Shown here one piece after another: positions 56,817 through 64,000 of a DNA stretch of 64,000 nt (within the stretch, counting starts at the first letter, position 1; each line of letters opens with the position of its first letter). The stretch is from an uncultured Butyrivibrio sp. (GTDB lineage: Bacteria > Bacillota > Clostridia > Lachnospirales > Lachnospiraceae). The stretch is from positions 14,409 through 78,408 of the forward strand of contig CAMVPU010000009.1 of assembly GCA_947169445.1 (NCBI GenBank), in the 5' to 3' direction. The notes beneath the pieces are model-generated. The model had not been told where the DNA came from. It searched no databases and saw only the letters and a list, made by a program, of their open reading frames with translations. The position numbers were made by a program, and so were the translations under genes.

Positions 56817-59291
56817 TTAATCGTTTTTCTTGACCTTTTTTAATACAAATCCCACATATACTCCTGCTAATATAATTCCAATAGCACTCATGATCAGTCC
56901 TGCCTTAAGTCCCTCAGGAGTATAGGTTACTCTTATCTCATGAACTCCGCCTGATACAGGAATCGCCATAAGCCCATAATCAGCCTTGATTATGTCAGTA
57001 TCTACGCCATCAACCGTGCAGCTAAAGCCTTCTGTACATGGGACAGAGAAAAACACAAATGTCGCATCAGGAAGATTGTCTGTGGTAGCTGTAAATCCAT
57101 AAGTATCAGTTTCAAATTCTGTGCAGGCGTTTGCAGCTCTTTTCTTACATTCATCCGTAAAATCAAGGTAGGAAAGCTCATTACTAAGGATATCCTCAGC
57201 AGTCATCTCTGAAATAGCCAGCTGATCAGCATATTTAAGCGCATCTTCATCCGAAATGATAAGAACTCGGGCCAGTTCATAATCATATTCCTCTGCATCA
57301 AGATCTTCCCACTCGGATTCTGTAATGTAGTAGTCAAAGGTAAATCCCATAGGGATATAGTTGAGATTCTCGAATACATCAAAGCCATTTTCATTCTTAA
57401 GGAAATTATATCCCGGTGTTCCTTCGCCCTTTTCAAAGATTCTGTTCTTGCTGATATCGGCATTTTCAAAATAGTATCTCGCGGAAAGAATCGCTCTTGC
57501 ACCAACTCTTTTTACAGGAAGATTTGTCTCTACTGTACGTGTAATTCCGCAGCTTCCGTATAGAAAATCAAAAATCTCAGAAGGCACAGTACTAAGGAAA
57601 CAGTGAATAGAAGGAATGCCCCATACCATATCGTAATTGGTGGATGTACTATCAACCTCGCCTCTGCAAAAGCTGCTCTGATCTACATCGACCTTATTAA
57701 AAAGCATCTGCTCCTGCCACTTATTTTTACCCCTGTCACTAATAATTCCACTTCCGTTCTTGATAGGTACAAAGGTTGCAAGAACACAGCTAATTATAAC
57801 AGCAAACAGAATAACATTATCTCTGATTCCCTTTGAATTATGGCAGTTCGTCTTGGTTTTTTCCTCCTTAAATGCAGCATTCTTCGGCAAAAGAAATGCA
57901 ATCGCAAGGAGCATGGTAGAAAGGAACGCTGTTCCCACTACATCCCGCATGAAAATAGTATTATTATCTGTCATGTTAAAGAATACCATTTCCCCGGAAT
58001 CATTTTTGGAAGGAAGCAGGTAAACAAGCAGGAAGAACAAAAACATAAGCACCGCTATAACAGCGCCTTTTTTAAACTGAGGTGTCTTCCCTCTCTCAAC
58101 AGCCTGAGCAGTCATAAGGCACATGATCAGAATTGGCATGTAGTACCATCTGGCATAATAGGATGAATTAAACATAGAAAAAGCTGAGTTTAATACCGGG
58201 ATAAAAGCTGCAATAAAGGAAAGTAGCAGCATTGTCTTTTCCCAGTTTTTCTTTCTCCTGTTTAAAAGGAAATATGCAATCACACCTGACATTCCAAACA
58301 GCGGAATATAAGCTGCAAGGGATGCATTTTTTACCGTGCCGGTATAGAAAAGTGTTCCCTTTCCGATGATATCCGGAAGCATTGAAACGCTCTTTATGAT
58401 ATCCCATAAAAGCTTCTCACTTGGATAAATCAGCATATTATAGCCATTTATATAATTATCCAGTCTGGTGTTGCCTTTGATTCCGGCGTAGGCCTGAAGC
58501 AAAAATACTCCGGCAATCATCACACCCAATATACCGCCGAGAAGAGCCTTATTAAACATTCTAAGGTTATTCATAAGGCTGTTATGAATGCCATATCTAA
58601 CAACGAAATACACAACCAGAAAAATGATCTGCCCAAAGAAGAAATAATAGTTTACTATGGACATGTAGGTGGTCATAAGGGCAAAGGCAAGGAATTTAAA
58701 CCCAGCCGGATCTCTTTGGCCATCTTTCCTATCATCTACGTTCATCAGATTCTCAAAGGTTAAAAGATAAAGTGGAAAAAAAGCCACCGCATCAGTAAAA
58801 TGATTGAACACTATATTGCAGGCATTGAATCCTGAAAAAGCATACAGATAACCGCCAATCATGGCATACTGATACTTGGTAACATATCTTCGAATGTAAA
58901 GGTATGCGCACAAAGCTGCGAAAGCATATTTCAGAGCCATCAAAAATGGCATAAGATAAGGAATCGCACTTTCATCGAAAAGTGTCGTAATCCAAAAGAA
59001 GGGGCTACCCCACAGATAAAAGGAAAAATCTCCTGACATAGTACCGCCAAGATCTATATTCCAGTTCCAAAAAAGCTCTCCACTTTTCACTGCCCTATGG
59101 GCAGCTATATAAAATGGAATCTGCTGAACGTTATAATCACCATAATAAAAAAACGGAAGCCCCCTCTTAATAAAGATTGGAAGCACCGCCAAAACATACA
59201 TCAAAAAAGAACTGGCAAACACGATAACCGGTACATACCAGGACTTTTCTATTCTATTCTTTTTTAAACTATCGCTAATCATCACAAACAT
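56817..59291 (-). CDS. YfhO-family polytopic membrane protein (GT-C-like glycosyltransferase)
   Basis: GDYNVQQIPFY, YLWGSPF and YAFSGF motifs; many TMs; C-terminal FSVP..G....VDG...GLMAIP..G.H.I..Y.P.G. Confidence 0.85.
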   Translation of the reverse strand: MFVMISDSLKKNRIEKSWYVPVIVFASSFLMYVLAVLPIFIKRGLPFFYYGDYNVQQIPFYIAAHRAVKSGELFWNWNIDLGGTMSGDFSFYLWGSPFFWITTLFDESAIPYLMPFLMALKYAFAALCAYLYIRRYVTKYQYAMIGGYLYAFSGFNACNIVFNHFTDAVAFFPLYLLTFENLMNVDDRKDGQRDPAGFKFLAFALMTTYMSIVNYYFFFGQIIFLVVYFVVRYGIHNSLMNNLRMFNKALLGGILGVMIAGVFLLQAYAGIKGNTRLDNYINGYNMLIYPSEKLLWDIIKSVSMLPDIIGKGTLFYTGTVKNASLAAYIPLFGMSGVIAYFLLNRRKKNWEKTMLLLSFIAAFIPVLNSAFSMFNSSYYARWYYMPILIMCLMTAQAVERGKTPQFKKGAVIAVLMFLFFLLVYLLPSKNDSGEMVFFNMTDNNTIFMRDVVGTAFLSTMLLAIAFLLPKNAAFKEEKTKTNCHNSKGIRDNVILFAVIISCVLATFVPIKNGSGIISDRGKNKWQEQMLFNKVDVDQSSFCRGEVDSTSTNYDMVWGIPSIHCFLSTVPSEIFDFLYGSCGITRTVETNLPVKRVGARAILSARYYFENADISKNRIFEKGEGTPGYNFLKNENGFDVFENLNYIPMGFTFDYYITESEWEDLDAEEYDYELARVLIISDEDALKYADQLAISEMTAEDILSNELSYLDFTDECKKRAANACTEFETDTYGFTATTDNLPDATFVFFSVPCTEGFSCTVDGVDTDIIKADYGLMAIPVSGGVHEIRVTYTPEGLKAGLIMSAIGIILAGVYVGFVLKKVKKND

Positions 59292-59397
59292 AATCCTTGA
59301 GTCTATTAAAATATGCGTACTATTAAATGATAGTCTAATTAAATACTTTTGACAATGTTCATCGATATAAGCTTTTTATAGCGGTAATATCCAAACT

Positions 59398-59432
59398 AAA
59401 AAATGCAGTTCCCGGACGAGAACTGCACTTTT
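59398..59432 (-). terminator. Intrinsic terminator after ilvC
   Basis: TGCAGTTC / GAACTGCA stem flanked by A6 and T5. Confidence 0.75.
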
Positions 59433-59462
59433 ATAATTGTCAGCGCTATATATGTCTAATAA

Positions 59463-60494
<1,032 letters not shown>

Positions 60495-60567
60495 TTATCC
60501 TCCGTATTCTAAGTTTATACTCCTCATTAAAAAGGTTAATAAAAGACTTTATCGAAATAAAATCTGT

Positions 60568-61077
60568 TTATTCATCTAAATAAATAATGTTATCAGTTCC
60601 TCTTCCAAGTCCTGCAATTCCCGTTCTTGCAAGTTCCAGGATCTCTCTTCCCTCAAGAAGTCGTAAGAATGCATCTATTTTGGACTGGTTACCTGTAATC
60701 TCTATTATCAGTGAGTCAGGGCTTACATCAACTATATTGCCTCTGAAAATATTGGCAGTTGCCAGTATGCTCTGCCTGTCTTCGGCTTCACATCTAACCT
60801 TAACCATAGCAAGTTCTCTATATACACTCTCCTCAGGAATAAGTTCATGAATATCCCTGACATCGACCAGCTTGGCAACCTGCTTCTCAATCTGCTCCAG
60901 AATGACATCGTCCCCTGATGCAACTATTGTAATTCTCGTAAATCTAGGATCTGCCGTCACACCGGCTGTAATGCTTTCGATATTGTATCCCCTTCTGGAA
61001 AACAGCCCTGATATTCTCGAAAGAACACCTGATGTATTGTCTACCAAAAGCTGAAAGACTTTTTTCTGCATTTTCAT
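60568..61077 (-). CDS. ilvN: Acetolactate synthase small (regulatory) subunit
   Basis: LVDN.SGVLSRISGLFSRRGYNIES and ELARTG motifs. Confidence 0.95.
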   Translation of the reverse strand: MKMQKKVFQLLVDNTSGVLSRISGLFSRRGYNIESITAGVTADPRFTRITIVASGDDVILEQIEKQVAKLVDVRDIHELIPEESVYRELAMVKVRCEAEDRQSILATANIFRGNIVDVSPDSLIIEITGNQSKIDAFLRLLEGREILELARTGIAGLGRGTDNIIYLDE

Positions 61078-61247
61078 CTCTCCTCAATCCCGGTCAAATC
61101 CAGTATTTGTCGCGATACTTTCGCGATTTAAACTGCAAAATTTACATTGCTGTTCCCGTGGGATTTTTGCCATATTTTTGTATGTTTTTTAATGCTTTAA
61201 TATATTTTTTCAAGCTTCAAACATGGTTTTGAACTAATTTATATCAA

Positions 61248-61275
61248 ATTATACCACTCATAATTACTCTGTCAA
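61248..61275 (-). promoter_or_regulatory. Consensus sigma-A promoter for ilvN-ilvC
   Basis: TTGACA(61270-61275)-16 bp-TATAAT(61248-61253) with TG extension. Confidence 0.7.
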
Positions 61276-61334
61276 CATATTTTTCTTTTTAGCTTTAAAC
61301 TCTTAACATTTTACAGTATTAAAGTGTGCTGTAC

Positions 61335-61368
61335 AAAAAACAGGGCATGAGTATTTCACTCATGCCCT
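61335..61368 (-). terminator. Intrinsic terminator after the topoisomerase gene
   Basis: AGGGCATGAGT-ATTTC-ACTCATGCCCT stem followed by a T-run on the minus strand. Confidence 0.8.
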
Positions 61369-61428
61369 ATACATCTTCCACTGTGTCTGATGCGATGTTT
61401 TCTGATCTTAAAGCTTTTGTCTCAATGA

Positions 61429-64000
61429 TCAATTATCAAAATTAAAGACTATATTATAGTTCTCATCAAAAACAAGCTTTGCATCAAAGGTTGTACCTTT
61501 TTTACTAATAAAGCCGGAAATCTTATCTGTTGTCTTTTCTGTGACGAGCTTAGTGAAGTCTTCTTTGCTAAGTGAAACACCAGCTACCTTTCCTACAAAA
61601 AAGCGGCATCCTTCTTCGCCTTTTTTGTATTCTTCGCATCTATATCCCAAATGCCCCTTTATTATCTGCTTACCGCAAATAGGACATTTTAAGTTTTCCA
61701 TAACTTCGTCTTCATTTTCAAAGACAAATTTTATTCCGCTTACCTTACCATCTTCGCCCTTACTCAAAGTGAGTTTAGCGTCAAAAGGCTTTCCGCTTTT
61801 TGATTTAAAGCCACTTATCTGCTGAGTAATTCCATTTTGTAATAGTTCTTTTACCTGTGCGTCCTTTAATTTCAGTCCGGCTATTGCCCCTATATTGAAC
61901 GAGCAGCTGTTCTCAGGATCATCTTTCTTGTAATTCTTACAGCCATATCCAAAGGATGTCTTAACAATCTCTCCGCCGCAAAGAGGACATACAGCTCCTT
62001 TTAAGACCGGAGCCTCAACATTTTCAAAATCAAATGTAATCTCGCTCTTTCCGTCTTCACCTTTCTTAACAACCAGACAGGCATCAAACTTCTTGTTTGT
62101 CTTACCTTTGAAGCCCCTTATGGTTCCGGTATGACCATTTTTTAGAAGTTCGATCACATCCTTTTCGGAAAGCTGTTTCTGACATATTTTACCAACAAAA
62201 AACTTACAGGACTGCGGATCATCAGCTTTAAAATTCTCGCAGCCAAAGCCTTTTGTTTTTCTGATTATTCGGCCTCCACAATCAGGACAAACAACATCAG
62301 GTAAGTAATCCGGCTCAACACCGTCAAAATCAAAGGTAATCTCTTTTTTGCCATCTTCCGTATCCTTCATGACCAATTTGGCGCTGAAAGGAGTGTTTGA
62401 TTTAGACTTAAAGCCTTTTATAACTTCTGTTTCCTCACCACTAATTAGTGTCTTTACCTGCTCCTCGGTAATCTTTTTTCCTGCTATTTCACCAATGTAA
62501 AAATAACAGCCGCCCTCTTCTTTACTGCGATTTTCACAGGAAAATCCATTTGCAGTTTTTATTATTCTTCCGCCGCAGGCAGGACATTTTACATTCTCCA
62601 AATATTCTGTCGGAACATCGTCAAAATTAAAACTTATGGAATATTTGCCGCTTTCATCTTTACCAAGTAAAAGACTGGCACTAAAATTCTTTTTATTCTT
62701 ACCGGAAAAACCTTCAATCACGCCAGTTTTTCCATCAGTAATAAGTTGTTTTACGGTTTCCTCATCCAGATCCTTACCGGCAATTCTTCCAATACAAAAT
62801 GAACATTTTACCTGTTCATTAAAGTAATTACTACAGCCATATCCAAAGGATGTTGTTGTGATATCTCCACCACAAACAGGACATTTGACACCAATAGGTT
62901 TTCGCGCAGCAATTCCCTTGGATTCTTTTCCCGTAAACTGATTGATATGAGCAACAATATCGGTAGTAAGATCTTTTTCAATAAGCTTGGAGGTTTCACG
63001 CCTGATATAGTCTTCCAGCTTAACCCTATAGTCTTTGCAGTTTACAGAGCCATTGTATATGCCCTCTAAGCCTTTTTCCCAACTGGCTGTCATCTCAGGA
63101 TTCAAAAGAGTCGGTACTGAAAGATTTACAACCTCATAAATCATCTCACCAAGATTTTCCGGCGTAATAATCTGATTTTTGCTCTGATTCAGATACTTAT
63201 TGTCGATCAGCTTCTGGATAATAGCCGCTCTGGTCGCAGCAGTACCAATACCCTTCTTCTTGATCTGTTCCCTTAGTTCTTCATCCTCAATCAAATTTCC
63301 GGCGTTCTCCATCGCTATAACCAGATCGCCCGAAGTGTACCTCTTTGGAGGAGCCGTAGCTCCTTCTTTAAGCATATAATCGTTGACAGTTATAGCATCG
63401 CCTTTGTTTGCGTTCTCAACAAACTTAAGAAATTCCTCCTTGGATACACCAACATCTTCTTCATCCTCAGAACCACTTCCACCATTTTCGGCCTTTCTAT
63501 CCTCAGCGTTCTTCTCGTTTGGAATACCAGCAACCGCAAGATATCCAGGCGAAGTCAAAACCTTAGAGGAAGCAAAAAATTTCTCATCTCCAACTGCAAT
63601 CTGCAATTTAGCAGTCTTATACTCGGCAGAAGGATAAAAAATCGAAATAAATCTTCTGCAAATAAGAAGATATACATTTTTTGCCAAAGGCGATAAAGAA
63701 TTAAGTGCTCCGGTCTGTCCTGTAGGAATGATGGCATAATGGTCAGTTACCTTGGAATCATCTGTATATGGAGATTTCTCAATTCCTTTGTATCTTCCAT
63801 TTTGCAAAACATAGTCTACGTGCTGTGATACTTCATTTACTCCAGAAAGGCCCTTAACATTTTTATAAATTTCTTTAGCCACGGCCGTAGTAAGAACTCT
63901 TGCATCTGTTCTGGGATAGGTAGTAAGTTTCTTTTCATATAATTCCTGAGCTATTTCAAGTGTCTGGGAAGGACTTATCTTAAAACGCTTTGTGCAGTCC
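61429..64000 (-). CDS. topB: Type IA DNA topoisomerase (Topo III-like), 5' end outside the window, with five C-terminal Zn-ribbon repeats
   Basis: Frame stays open upstream of 63882 through AQELYEKKLTTYPRTD (catalytic Tyr). DHYAIIPT, GIGTAATRAAII and PEMTASWE motifs. Confidence 0.88.
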   Translation of the reverse strand, partial: DCTKRFKISPSQTLEIAQELYEKKLTTYPRTDARVLTTAVAKEIYKNVKGLSGVNEVSQHVDYVLQNGRYKGIEKSPYTDDSKVTDHYAIIPTGQTGALNSLSPLAKNVYLLICRRFISIFYPSAEYKTAKLQIAVGDEKFFASSKVLTSPGYLAVAGIPNEKNAEDRKAENGGSGSEDEEDVGVSKEEFLKFVENANKGDAITVNDYMLKEGATAPPKRYTSGDLVIAMENAGNLIEDEELREQIKKKGIGTAATRAAIIQKLIDNKYLNQSKNQIITPENLGEMIYEVVNLSVPTLLNPEMTASWEKGLEGIYNGSVNCKDYRVKLEDYIRRETSKLIEKDLTTDIVAHINQFTGKESKGIAARKPIGVKCPVCGGDITTTSFGYGCSNYFNEQVKCSFCIGRIAGKDLDEETVKQLITDGKTGVIEGFSGKNKKNFSASLLLGKDESGKYSISFNFDDVPTEYLENVKCPACGGRIIKTANGFSCENRSKEEGGCYFYIGEIAGKKITEEQVKTLISGEETEVIKGFKSKSNTPFSAKLVMKDTEDGKKEITFDFDGVEPDYLPDVVCPDCGGRIIRKTKGFGCENFKADDPQSCKFFVGKICQKQLSEKDVIELLKNGHTGTIRGFKGKTNKKFDACLVVKKGEDGKSEITFDFENVEAPVLKGAVCPLCGGEIVKTSFGYGCKNYKKDDPENSCSFNIGAIAGLKLKDAQVKELLQNGITQQISGFKSKSGKPFDAKLTLSKGEDGKVSGIKFVFENEDEVMENLKCPICGKQIIKGHLGYRCEEYKKGEEGCRFFVGKVAGVSLSKEDFTKLVTEKTTDKISGFISKKGTTFDAKLVFDENYNIVFNFDN

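Noticed and set aside
61078..61245. Possible T-box or leader-peptide attenuator in the ~165-nt ilvN leader
   Set aside because: No T-box sequence, no terminator, and no Ile/Leu/Val-rich peptide with an RBS; only a small TCGCGA-N5-TCGCGA hairpin.

Overview
AT-rich chromosomal segment of a Firmicute. Gene content and protein style point to Lachnospiraceae, probably Butyrivibrio-like (inference). Nearly all genes are on the minus strand. Housekeeping content: clpS-clpA-aat, polA-coaE, tRNA-Leu(CAA), CBS-type ppaC, ttcA, a heterodimeric ABC exporter, rsmF, recA-recX-rny, PBP/SEDS/U32/zapA, ruvAB, ilvE, leuCD, ilvN-ilvC and a window-truncated topoisomerase III. Accessory content: c-di-GMP/two-component signalling genes and sugar-handling genes. 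No transposase, integrase, prophage or CRISPR array was seen. The most notable signals are: (1) an operon of GH43, Nudix, a GHMP kinase carrying plant galacturonokinase motifs and a nucleotidyltransferase, a candidate bacterial uronic-acid salvage pathway to NDP-sugar; (2) a PolA whose 5'-3' nuclease domain is reduced to an apparently dead stub; (3) a 193-bp nested palindrome between an FtsA-like gene and a WalJ-like gene; (4) an actin-fold ATPase fused to repeated ubiquitin-like domains; (5) a complete ClpS-ClpA-Aat N-degron cluster in a Firmicute; (6) an ECF-S-component-like sensor fused to a degenerate (YD) HD-GYP domain. All family calls come from motif recognition by eye; no searches were run.
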